Virus record (IMG/VR): IMGVR_UViG_3300020042_002365
Location: 1-27,550 of that record
Strand: one strand, 5' to 3'
DNA from: a virus
Taxonomy: Duplodnaviria > Caudoviricetes
DNA: 27,550 bases
Shown here: piece by piece, positions 1-7,928 of the stretch
Layout of the letters: every line of letters begins with the position of its first letter
How positions within the stretch are numbered: the first letter of the stretch is position 1
The notes under the pieces: generated by a model
What the model saw: the letters and a program-made list of their open reading frames with translations, nothing else
Told to the model about the DNA's origin: nothing
The model's database searches: none
Translations under genes and position numbers: made by a program

Positions 1-1
1 A

Positions 2-79
2 GCGAAATTGACGAGCGCCGAAACCGCAAGGGATCCAGATTCGAGGATTAACAAAAGCCTACGGGCTTGGAATTGTTGA
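2..79 (+). CDS. C-terminal fragment of small conserved phage protein (DUF6321-like), 5'-truncated
   Basis: Hand translation from base 2: AKLTSAETARDPDSRINKSLRAWNC*; ends with TGA 77-79, just before the GAGG SD of the next gene; family recognised from memory. Confidence 0.7.
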   Translation, partial: AKLTSAETARDPDSRINKSLRAWNC

Positions 80-86
80 GGTAAAC

Positions 87-284
87 GTGAATAACGACAT
101 AAAAGCAATGACTGATGGCGCTGCTGTGGTTGTTGGGCTTGGTGGTTTCATGGGCTGGATGACTCCAGTTGTGGCGCTTGTTGGCGGAATATTGACCATT
201 GTGTGGATGATTATTCGTATCTACGAAACTGAAACCGTCAAGAAGCTTTTTAACCGCAAGAAAGACGATGCCGAGCACAAGTAA
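87..284 (+). CDS. Small membrane protein, class II holin-like
   Basis: GTG start with GAGG SD; hydrophobic stretches AAVVVGLGGFMGWM and VVALVGGILTIVWMII; basic tail KKLFNRKK. Confidence 0.6.
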   Translation: MNNDIKAMTDGAAVVVGLGGFMGWMTPVVALVGGILTIVWMIIRIYETETVKKLFNRKKDDAEHK

Positions 285-798
285 GAAACAACACAATTTC
301 ATGGCGGCGGTGGCTAACAATCCAGCATTTGCCAAGAAAGTCGGAGTCCCACAGACCGTGGGTAAGGATTTTGCAAACGCCGATAAAGGCAAAACTTTTA
401 AAAGAGGTGGTGATATGGCTACAAAAATGGGTAAACCAGTGATGAAAAAAGGTATGAGCACTGCTAAGGATGGCATGAAGAAGCCTACTCCTATGGCCAA
501 TACATCCATGATGGGCATGAAAAAAGGCGGCATGGCTAGTGGTGGCATGCCTATGGTTATGAAAGACGGTAAAAAAATACCAGCTTTTGCCGCAGATGGC
601 GAAGGCAAAATGAAAAAGGGTGGCATGGCAGGTATGCACAAGATGCCCGACGGCAAGATGATGAAAGACTCCGCCATGAAGAAGATGATGGGCGGCGGCA
701 TGGCTTACGCCAAAGGCGGTGGTGTCGAGTCCAAGGGTAAAACCAAAGGCAAGATGATTACTATGAAATCTGGCGGTAGCGCTAAAAAATACTGTTAA
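268..798 (+). CDS. Lys/Met/Gly-rich basic protein with repeated MKKGG-type motifs (putative internal head protein)
   Basis: 176 aa, about 27 Met by hand count; motifs FKRGG, MKKGG x2, MASGG, YAKGG, MKSGG; ends KGKTKGKMITM...YC. Confidence 0.8.
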   Translation: MPSTSKKQHNFMAAVANNPAFAKKVGVPQTVGKDFANADKGKTFKRGGDMATKMGKPVMKKGMSTAKDGMKKPTPMANTSMMGMKKGGMASGGMPMVMKDGKKIPAFAADGEGKMKKGGMAGMHKMPDGKMMKDSAMKKMMGGGMAYAKGGGVESKGKTKGKMITMKSGGSAKKYC

Positions 799-807
799 GG
801 ATAAATC

Positions 808-1278
808 ATGGCAACAAGCGCATTTGGTAAAGCATTTCGTGCGGCTCGTGAAGCTGGCGATAAAGAATTTGAGTTTGGTGGAAAGAAGTACAACACCAAA
901 ATGAAGGACGCAGATTCCGCAAATAAAGTCCCCACTGAGCTTGAAAAGAAACAAGAAATGGCGGCGTATTTGGATAATGCTAAACAGACCGCTGGTAGCG
1001 GGACTTCTGATTTGGCAAAATCCAAGATCAAAGAAGCTAGCGAATCTGCTACACGTAGTTTGGGAACGGCTCAAAAAGAAGAGTCTATGAAGAACTACAA
1101 GCCAAGATATACGCCCCCCGTTTCTGCTCCAAAAACTACTGAAGGCGCGACCTATAACAAAAAACCGTTTATGCCGGAAGAAGTTGACATGAGCTACAAA
1201 AAAGGTGGTTCTGTTTCGGCCTCTCGCCGTGCAGACGGTATTGCTCAACGGGGTAAAACTCGTGGAAAGATGTGCTAA
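808..1278 (+). CDS. Basic hypothetical protein with C-terminal YKKGG...RADGIAQRGKTRG module
   Basis: TAAGGA SD; 156 aa; C-terminus paralogous to neighbouring genes. Confidence 0.85.
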   Translation: MATSAFGKAFRAAREAGDKEFEFGGKKYNTKMKDADSANKVPTELEKKQEMAAYLDNAKQTAGSGTSDLAKSKIKEASESATRSLGTAQKEESMKNYKPRYTPPVSAPKTTEGATYNKKPFMPEEVDMSYKKGGSVSASRRADGIAQRGKTRGKMC

Positions 1279-1280
1279 CT

Positions 1281-1556
1281 ATGAAACTCGGTGATATATC
1301 TCCACTCGCTGGTATTGCTACTGGCGAAGGCATGATGGGTAAACTGGCATCGGCTGGTGGCCTTGGGCTTTTGCCTGCCGTAATTTCGCGTGACGCACAG
1401 TCGGGCGATGAAGAGGAAAAGCGTAAAAAGCAAATGGGCGCGTCTATGAAAAAGGGCGGTAAGGTTTCTTCTGCCTCCAGCCGTGCTGATGGTTGCGCTG
1501 TCAAAGGCAAGACTCGCGGCACTATGATCACCATGAAAAACGGCGGGATGTGCTGA
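1281..1556 (+). CDS. Small protein with MKKGG...RADGCAVKGKTRG module
   Basis: ATG at 1281 immediately after the upstream TAA; C-terminal module paralogous to 808..1278 and 268..798. Confidence 0.8.
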   Translation: MKLGDISPLAGIATGEGMMGKLASAGGLGLLPAVISRDAQSGDEEEKRKKQMGASMKKGGKVSSASSRADGCAVKGKTRGTMITMKNGGMC

Positions 1557-1557
1557 C

Positions 1558-1734
1558 ATGGCAACCGCAAAACCCAAAGCTAGTGTAGTTAAGTCTTTAA
1601 AAAAGGCTGGGTTTTACGGTGCGAGTAAGCCTAAACGGCTGGGTATTATTAACAAGGTGACGACCAAACCTCAGAGGATAGAGATGGTTGACAAATTGTT
1701 TCTAGCCAAAAAAGTTAAAGGTGTAAAAAAATGA
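1558..1734 (+). CDS. 58-aa highly basic protein (not in ORF track)
   Basis: Hand translation MATAKPKASVVKSLKKAGFYGASKPKRLGIINKVTTKPQRIEMVDKLFLAKKVKGVKK*; fills the gap exactly; ATGA overlap with the next gene. Confidence 0.75.
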   Translation: MATAKPKASVVKSLKKAGFYGASKPKRLGIINKVTTKPQRIEMVDKLFLAKKVKGVKK

Positions 1735-2018
1735 TGGCCTCCCGTGGTATGGGCGCAATCCGCGCCTCAAAAATGCCCAAAGGTACTGAAAAGGCCCGAC
1801 GGGATGACACTGACTTCACCGAGTACAAAGAGGGTGGTAAGGTAAAGTCAAAAGTAAATGCTGCTGGTAACTACACCAAGCCTGAACTACGCAAACGTAT
1901 TTTCAACAGTGTAAAAGCTGCGGCAATCGTTGGCACGGGTGCAGGGCAGTGGAGCGCAAGAAAAGCGCAGGTCATGGCCAAACGCTACAAGGCGGCTGGT
2001 GGTGGGTATCGTGATTAA
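1731..2018 (+). CDS. DUF5872-like protein, N-terminal half, preceded by a YKEGG-bearing leader
   Basis: NYTKPELRKRI...GQWSARKAQ..AKRYKAAGGGY motif recognised from memory. Confidence 0.75.
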   Translation: MMASRGMGAIRASKMPKGTEKARRDDTDFTEYKEGGKVKSKVNAAGNYTKPELRKRIFNSVKAAAIVGTGAGQWSARKAQVMAKRYKAAGGGYRD

Positions 2019-2247
2019 AAAGCCACAGCAATCCCTAAAGGACTGGGGTAAACAAGATTGGACAACTAAAAGTGGTAAAAAATCTTCTGACACAGGTGAG
2101 CGATACCTTCCAAAAGCTGCGATCAAAAGTCTCAGCGCTTCTGAGTACGCTGCGACAACACGTGCAAAACGTGCTGGCAAAGCTAAAGGGAAGCAGTTCG
2201 TAGCACAACCTAAAACCATCGCAAAGAAAACAGCAGGGTATAGATAA
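2011..2247 (+). CDS. DUF5872-like protein, C-terminal half
   Basis: Likely GTG start at 2011 (GGTGG upstream) overlapping the previous stop; QSLKDWGKQDWTTKSG...ERYLPKAA motif. Confidence 0.7.
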   Translation: MIKKPQQSLKDWGKQDWTTKSGKKSSDTGERYLPKAAIKSLSASEYAATTRAKRAGKAKGKQFVAQPKTIAKKTAGYR

Positions 2248-3179
2248 TGGCTAAGACCACCGGCACCTCAGTCTTTGATCTCGACATGAACGACCTCATT
2301 TAAGAGGCGTTTGAGCGTTGCGGTCAAGAACTTCGCACGGGCTATAACTTCCGCACAGCGCGGCGGTCTTTGAACCTGTTGACGATTGAGTGGGCAAACC
2401 GTGGCTTGAACTTCTGGACTGTAGAGCAGGGCCAGATTCCTATGGTGACGGGTCAGGCTATCTACCCCATGCCTACAGACACAATCAACCTCCTAGACAT
2501 GGTAATCCGCCAAAGCAACGCCACGTCTAACCAGAGTGACATCAACATTAGCGGCATTTCTGAATCCACGTACATGAGTCTGCCAAACAAGCTGGCACAG
2601 GGTCGTCCAATTCAAGTTTGGTACAACCGCCAATCAGGCCAAGAAAACCTTTCTACGGCTACACTTAACGGGACTATTACATCTACAGCCACCACAATCA
2701 CGGTGTCAAATGTTTCTAAACTTACTACCGCTGGGTTTATCAAGATTGATAACGAAACAATCAGCTACCCCAACATAGATCCTGTAAACAATCAGTTACT
2801 TAACTGTGCCCGTGGGCAAAACTACACGACTGCCGCAGCGCATACTACTGGCGCAGCCATAACCGTGCAGAACCTACCTGCCATAAACGTGTGGCCTACA
2901 CCTAATGCCCCTGGTGACCAGTACATGTTTGTGTATTACCGCATGCGCCGCATTCAGGATGCTGGTACGGGCGTGACGGTGCAAGATATTCCGTTCCGCT
3001 TTATCCCCTGCATAGTGGCCGGGTTGGCTTATCTGTTGAGCATGAAGCTGCCAAATGTTGACCCCCAGCGAGTAATGGGTCTAAAGGCAGAGTATGAGCA
3101 GCAGTGGGACCTAGCCCAGTCAGAAGACCGCGATACCTCTCCGTTGAGATTCGTGCCAAGGAATATGTTCTATGCCTAG
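2247..3179 (+). pseudogene. Head-tail adaptor/tail tubular-like protein interrupted by in-frame TAA at 2301-2303 (nonsense mutation or sequence error)
   Basis: ATG 2247 in TAATG overlap reads MAKTTGTSVFDLDMNDLI*EAFERCGQELRTGYNFRTARRSL, then continues in frame into track ORF 2370..3179; C-terminal DIPFRFIPCIVAGLAYLLS...LKAEYEQQW helix is typical of podoviral adaptors. Confidence 0.75.
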
Positions 3180-3600
3180 TAAATTTGCATCAGGCAAACA
3201 TGCAATTGCTGAATGCGATAGATGTTCGCAGAGGTACATGCTCAAGGAATTAAAGACACAGATCGTCAAGACCAAGCCATACAATATCAAGGTGTGCCCC
3301 TCGTGCTGGGATCCGGATCAGCCGCAGTTGCAGTTGGGTATGTACCCAGTCAACGATCCGCAAGCAGTACGTGACCCGCGCCCTGATGTGAGCTACATAG
3401 TGTCTGGCCAAAGTGGTCTACAGATTTTGCAGACCAACAGCACAGCTCAAGATGGGTTTGGATACCCAGAAGGGGGTAGTCGGGTCTTTCAGTGGGGATA
3501 CAACCCCGTTGGTGGAGCAAGTGGGTTTGACACTCTTTTAACGCCAAATAATTTGGTATTAACAGTAGAACTTGGTACAGTAACGGTAAGCGTAACTTAG
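3172..3600 (+). CDS. Conserved phage protein with CxxC...CxxC zinc ribbon
   Basis: CDRC and CPSC pairs; AAGGA SD; overlaps the upstream stop. Confidence 0.8.
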   Translation: MPSKFASGKHAIAECDRCSQRYMLKELKTQIVKTKPYNIKVCPSCWDPDQPQLQLGMYPVNDPQAVRDPRPDVSYIVSGQSGLQILQTNSTAQDGFGYPEGGSRVFQWGYNPVGGASGFDTLLTPNNLVLTVELGTVTVSVT

Positions 3601-3609
3601 GAGCTTGAA

Positions 3610-3837
3610 ATGAAACATGATGACGCAAAAGCAGACATGAAGATGGATAAAGCGCAAGACAAGAAAATGATTAAAGCTGCTGTGGGTAAGCACGAGAAAA
3701 AGCTACATCCTGGTCAACCAATGACTAAATTAGCCAAAGGCGGCAAAACCAATCTGCAAATGAAGCAGTTGGGTCGTGGTTTGGCCAAAGTGGCGAATCA
3801 GAAGAAGTCTTCTTTCACCTATAAAAAAGGAGCTTGA
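3610..3837 (+). CDS. Small basic protein with LAKGG motif
   Basis: AGGAG SD; Lys/Met-rich 75 aa. Confidence 0.8.
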   Translation: MKHDDAKADMKMDKAQDKKMIKAAVGKHEKKLHPGQPMTKLAKGGKTNLQMKQLGRGLAKVANQKKSSFTYKKGA

Positions 3838-3838
3838 T

Positions 3839-4105
3839 ATGGCCAAGTTCAGCAAAAAAGTAATGGGTAAAGAAGTTGGTGATGCCAAAGTCTACGCACC
3901 GCCCCACACTATGGATGGCAAGTCTGGTGTAGACATCAAGAATAATGGCTATGACGGCGGTAACCGCTTGACTGCTAATGATGTAAACATGTCTGTTGGT
4001 AACATCAGTCGTGATCCATACAAAGAACCAAAGACAACAGGTATCAAGATTCGCGGTACTGGCGCGGCTACCAAGGGTGTGATGGCAAGAGGCCCGATGG
4101 CTTGA
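3839..4105 (+). CDS. Small basic protein with C-terminal RGTGAATKG motif
   Basis: ATG 3839 with AAGGAG SD; the 3776 start in the track is probably too far upstream. Confidence 0.8.
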   Translation: MAKFSKKVMGKEVGDAKVYAPPHTMDGKSGVDIKNNGYDGGNRLTANDVNMSVGNISRDPYKEPKTTGIKIRGTGAATKGVMARGPMA

Positions 4106-4106
4106 T

Positions 4107-5063
4107 ATGGATTACTCGCAACTGTTCAACAACATTCAGTCGTACACGGAAAATACTTTTCCGGAGTTCACCGTTTCCAACGGATCGACAGAAACAGCTA
4201 CTGAACAGATTAACCGTTTCATTCAACAAGCAGAGCAGCGTGTCTACAACACGGTGCAGTTTCCGTTCTTGCGTAAAAATATGACGGGCAACGTTCAGTC
4301 TGGTAATAAATATCTTCAGGCTCCAAACGACTACCTAGCTACGTATTCTTTGGCGGTAATTGGCGCAGATGGTAGTTACGAGTACTTGCTGAACAAAGAT
4401 GTGAATTATATCCGTGCGGCGTACCCAAATCCCACTACAGATGTGGGCGCTCCTAAATACTACGCATTGTTTGGCCCAGCCATTGTCGGTAACGCAATTA
4501 CAAATGAGTTGACGTTTTTGCTTGGCCCAACACCCGATGCGGTGTACACGGTAGAACTTCATTTTTACTACTATCCTGTGTCTATCGTGCAAGCGGTAAT
4601 CTCAACTTTAGGGGCACCTACAGGCGGTTCTGGTTACACCAATGGTTTGTACTATAACGTGCAGTTGACTGGCGGTAGTGGCTCTGCGGCTTATGCGGAT
4701 ATCACCGTAAGTGGCGGCGCTGTGACAGCGGTTGCTCTTCGTAACGGCGGGTGTTTATATAAAGTAGGCGATGCGCTGTCGGCAGCAGCAGCCAATATTG
4801 GTGGCACAGGGACTGGGTTTTCTGTTTCTGTAGCTACAGTGGATAACGCAAACGGCACTTCATGGTTGGGGGATAACTTTGACACGGTGCTCTTATATGG
4901 CTCACTGGTTGAGGCGTACACCTACATGAAGGGTGAGACAGACCTCCTTGCTATTTACGATGGTAAGTACAAAGAAGCCCTTGCACAAGCTAAACGCCTT
5001 GGTGATGGCATGGAGAGACAGGATGCGTATCGTTCTGGTCAATATAGACAGGCGGTGACCTGA
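4107..5063 (+). CDS. Second adaptor/connector-like virion protein with a Gly/Thr-rich beta insert
   Basis: Helical N-terminus (INRFIQQAEQRVYN), LGPTPDAVYTVELHFYYYP, C-terminal LLYGSLVEAYTYMKGE; GGSGYTNG insert at about 4590-4845. Confidence 0.7.
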   Translation: MDYSQLFNNIQSYTENTFPEFTVSNGSTETATEQINRFIQQAEQRVYNTVQFPFLRKNMTGNVQSGNKYLQAPNDYLATYSLAVIGADGSYEYLLNKDVNYIRAAYPNPTTDVGAPKYYALFGPAIVGNAITNELTFLLGPTPDAVYTVELHFYYYPVSIVQAVISTLGAPTGGSGYTNGLYYNVQLTGGSGSAAYADITVSGGAVTAVALRNGGCLYKVGDALSAAAANIGGTGTGFSVSVATVDNANGTSWLGDNFDTVLLYGSLVEAYTYMKGETDLLAIYDGKYKEALAQAKRLGDGMERQDAYRSGQYRQAVT

Positions 5064-5485
5064 TGGCTTTTACAGGTAACTTCTCCTGCAATACGTTGCG
5101 CACTGGGCTGATCAACGGGACGTTGAACTTTGCAACGGATACGTTTCGTTTGGCGCTGTACACAAACTCGGCTACATTGAACCAACTGACAACGGCGTAC
5201 ACTACTGACGGTGAGGCTTCAGGCGGCAATTATGTAGCTGGAGGGTCGATAGTAGCTGCCACGGTCAGTACTGCACTTGACCCAAGCGGCAGCACCATCT
5301 TTGTTAATTTCTCAAACCCGTCTTGGACTGGTGCAATCACTGCTCGTGGGGCTTTGATCTATAAGGCCGGTGCAACCGGCGCGGTCTGCGTTTTGGACTT
5401 TGGGAATAACGTAACGTCAACTGGCACTTTCACCGTAACGATGCCTGCTAACACCAGCACGTCCGCACTCATTAGACTTGTATAG
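5063..5485 (+). CDS. Small beta-rich fibre/structural subunit (paralog of 5695..6186)
   Basis: DTFRLALY...GEASGGNYVAGG...ALIY...FG....TGTFTVTMPANT...ALIRL aligns with the 5695 protein. Confidence 0.75.
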   Translation: MAFTGNFSCNTLRTGLINGTLNFATDTFRLALYTNSATLNQLTTAYTTDGEASGGNYVAGGSIVAATVSTALDPSGSTIFVNFSNPSWTGAITARGALIYKAGATGAVCVLDFGNNVTSTGTFTVTMPANTSTSALIRLV

Positions 5486-5493
5486 GAAAAAAC

Positions 5494-5685
5494 ATGGCAC
5501 TTGTAACTACAACAAAAGGCGAAATGGACGAGACTCTACTTGAGAAAAAAGAGGGTTTACTCGATAATGACCATGAGTACACAACTTGGGTCGAGTATTG
5601 GCTAGAGGGAGAACTTGTCCACCGTTCGGCGCATGTTCAATTGAAGAAAACAGTAACGCTCACAAGTTCAGTGGCATCTTTTTAA
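5494..5685 (+). CDS. Small conserved phage protein
   Basis: AGGA SD; 63 aa, WVEYWLEGELVHRSAHV; fills the gap between the two paralogs. Confidence 0.8.
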   Translation: MALVTTTKGEMDETLLEKKEGLLDNDHEYTTWVEYWLEGELVHRSAHVQLKKTVTLTSSVASF

Positions 5686-5694
5686 GGAACTATC

Positions 5695-6186
5695 ATGGCA
5701 AATACGCAATCAATGTGCACCTCGTTTATGAGCCAGCTTATGCTTGGTGAGCATCAACTTGGCACTGCAACGCTTGTTTCGCGCACCAGTTTAACTTCAC
5801 CAACTACAGATACACTCAAAGCTGCTTTGTACTTGGCATCAGCAACAATGAATGCCGCTTCCACTGTGTACACGGTAACAGGTGAAGTGTCGGGTACTGG
5901 CTATACGGCTGGTGGGGTGACGGTAACAAACGCTACGGCTCCAACTTCGACTAACGCTTCGGCAACTGCTGGCGTGGCGTTCTTTACCCCGTCGGCTTCA
6001 ATTACCTACACCGCCGTAACGTTGACTACCGCATTTGATGCAGTGTTAATTTACAACTCTACACAATCAAACAAGGCAATTAGTGTTCACACATTTGGGT
6101 CGCAAACAATCACGGCTGGTACGTTTACGTTGACGATGCCAGCTAATACCACAACGACTGCGTTGATCCGCTTGGCTACAACCTAA
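5695..6186 (+). CDS. Small beta-rich fibre/structural subunit (paralog of 5063..5485)
   Basis: TAAGGA SD; DTLKAALY...GEVSGTGYTAGG...VLIY...FG...AGTFTLTMPANT...ALIRL. Confidence 0.75.
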   Translation: MANTQSMCTSFMSQLMLGEHQLGTATLVSRTSLTSPTTDTLKAALYLASATMNAASTVYTVTGEVSGTGYTAGGVTVTNATAPTSTNASATAGVAFFTPSASITYTAVTLTTAFDAVLIYNSTQSNKAISVHTFGSQTITAGTFTLTMPANTTTTALIRLATT

Positions 6187-6191
6187 TAGGA

Positions 6192-6211
6192 CTGGCGGGG
6201 TAACCCGCTAG
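6192..6211 (+). promoter_or_regulatory. Intergenic GNRA-tetraloop hairpin without U-tract
   Basis: CTGGCGGG-GTAA-CCCGCTAG: 8-bp stem with one G-U pair, 7 nt upstream of ATG 6219. Confidence 0.55.
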
Positions 6212-6218
6212 AGTAGCC

Positions 6219-6644
6219 ATGTTTGGAATCTCCGCATTCGCTGAAGCACCGTTTGCCTCCCTTGCGGGGCGGACGACTGTTGTCGCCATTACGGGGGTTC
6301 AGGCTTCTGGCGCGGTGGGTACGGTAGTCTATACCGTAGTTGTTACGGTAGCGATTACAGGAGTTCAAGCATCGGGTGAGGTTGGTACAGTAGGTTTTGG
6401 AAAAGGTTTTGACATTTCCGGTGTTCAAGCCGCTGGCGCGGTGGGGGATGTCACTGAGACTAACAACCCAACTGAAGATGGGGTAGTGGCGACCGGTTTA
6501 GTGAGTACTCCGCTGGCTGTAATAACTGTGGCAATATCTGGTGTATCGGCAAGAGGTCAGGTTGGTACGGTGGATTATTTTTATTGGACAACAATTGATG
6601 ACAGCGAGACGCCAAACTGGCAAAATGTCGCAATGACGGTGTAA
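6219..6644 (+). CDS. Virion protein with five (I)xGVxAxGxVG[TD]V repeats
   Basis: MFGISAFAEAPFASL leader followed by Val/Thr/Gly repeats of about 21-23 aa. Confidence 0.75.
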   Translation: MFGISAFAEAPFASLAGRTTVVAITGVQASGAVGTVVYTVVVTVAITGVQASGEVGTVGFGKGFDISGVQAAGAVGDVTETNNPTEDGVVATGLVSTPLAVITVAISGVSARGQVGTVDYFYWTTIDDSETPNWQNVAMTV

Positions 6645-6653
6645 GGATTAAAG

Positions 6654-7124
6654 ATGGCCTTTGTAATAGCAGATCGAGTAAAAGAAACCACTAGCACGAC
6701 TGGTACGGGGACGGTGACTCTGCTTGGTGCATCCACAGGGTTTCAATCTTTTGCCGTAATTGGTAATACCAACACAACCTGTTACACCATTGCATCCCAA
6801 ACAGGTAACGAGTGGGAAGTGGGTATTGGCACGTACGCATCTTCTGGTACAACGTTGGCTCGTACAACTGTTTTGTCCAATAGTTCAGCCACACAGCCAT
6901 CAGCGTTAAATTTTTCTGCTGGTGATAAAGACGTTTTTGTAACCTACCCCGCAGAATTTGCAACATTTGCTAACGGCAATGGCGTAGTGGTAGAAAATTA
7001 CACAACGTTAACAGGCACATACACTATGACAACAGGTAAAAGTGGCATGTCAGTAGGCCCAGTGACTATAAGTTCCGGCTCATCGTTTACGGTTGGTAGC
7101 GGTCAGCGCTGGCTCGTTCTCTAA
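6654..7124 (+). CDS. Tail fibre-associated protein with C-terminal SVGPxTIxSG..TVxSGQRWxV module
   Basis: ADRVKETTSTTGTG N-terminal domain; TAAGGA SD; C-terminus shared with 7134..7919. Confidence 0.75.
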   Translation: MAFVIADRVKETTSTTGTGTVTLLGASTGFQSFAVIGNTNTTCYTIASQTGNEWEVGIGTYASSGTTLARTTVLSNSSATQPSALNFSAGDKDVFVTYPAEFATFANGNGVVVENYTTLTGTYTMTTGKSGMSVGPVTISSGSSFTVGSGQRWLVL

Positions 7125-7133
7125 GGATAAGAA

Positions 7134-7919
7134 ATGGCAACAACCAACTTCTCCCCACTTCTTGGCCTTGCGCTGCCAACTACTGGTGACCTGCAAGGTA
7201 CTTGGGGCGCTGCGGTCAATGACGCAATTACAAGTCTTATTGATTCGGCGGTTGCGGGGACAACGACACTTTCTGCCAATGCGGATGTAACTCTTTCCAC
7301 AACCAACGGCGCGGCTAACCAAGCACGGAGCGCGGTCATTTTGTGGACAGCCAGTAACGGCGCGACAACACGTAATATTACAGCCCCCGCCCAGAGCAAA
7401 GCCTATATTGTTATTAATGCTGGTACTGGCTCTATCGTTATTCGCGGCTCTGGCCCAACGACTGGCGTTACTGTTTCTTCTGGCACTAAGGCTTTAGTTG
7501 CTTGGAATGGTAGTGATTTTGTCAATATTTCTTCAAGCGTGTTCTCTGGAGTTATTTCTGTTGAGGGCACATCGGCTTCTGGCGCTGCTATTCGTTTATT
7601 TGAAGATACTGATAACGGAACCAATTACATTGCCCTTCAAGCGCCAGCCGCCCTCGCAACAAACGTAACTCTTACGCTTCCAGATAACGATGGCTCGGCC
7701 AATCAAGTTTTGGCAACAGACGGCTCTGGTGTCTTGTCATGGACTAGTTCTGGTGGCAGTGTTTCAGGTGCTGGTGGTGGCATCATTATTAATAACGATG
7801 TAATATCCGTCAACTATACAATTGCAGCCGGAACAAACGGGTTTTCAGTAGGACCGATCACAATTTCAAGCGGCTATGCTGTTACAGTTACTTCTGGTCA
7901 GCGCTGGGCTGTTATTTAA
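7134..7919 (+). CDS. Tail fibre protein
   Basis: LGLALP..G...GTWG anchor, LTLPDNDGSANQVLATDGSGVLSW fibre repeat, C-terminal SVGPITISSG...GQRWAVI. Confidence 0.75.
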   Translation: MATTNFSPLLGLALPTTGDLQGTWGAAVNDAITSLIDSAVAGTTTLSANADVTLSTTNGAANQARSAVILWTASNGATTRNITAPAQSKAYIVINAGTGSIVIRGSGPTTGVTVSSGTKALVAWNGSDFVNISSSVFSGVISVEGTSASGAAIRLFEDTDNGTNYIALQAPAALATNVTLTLPDNDGSANQVLATDGSGVLSWTSSGGSVSGAGGGIIINNDVISVNYTIAAGTNGFSVGPITISSGYAVTVTSGQRWAVI

Positions 7920-7928
7920 GGAAAAAAC

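Noticed and set aside
48-1248. Long minus-strand ORFs (217 aa and 332 aa)
   Set aside because: Antisense shadows of low-complexity Lys/Met/Gly genes; Phe/Pro/His bias mirrors AAA, GGC and ATG codons; no SD or operon context
2301-2303. Genome-wide stop-codon reassignment
   Set aside because: TAA, TAG and TGA all terminate tightly coupled genes elsewhere; only one internal stop was seen
6192-6211. Rho-independent terminator
   Set aside because: No T-run after the stem on either strand
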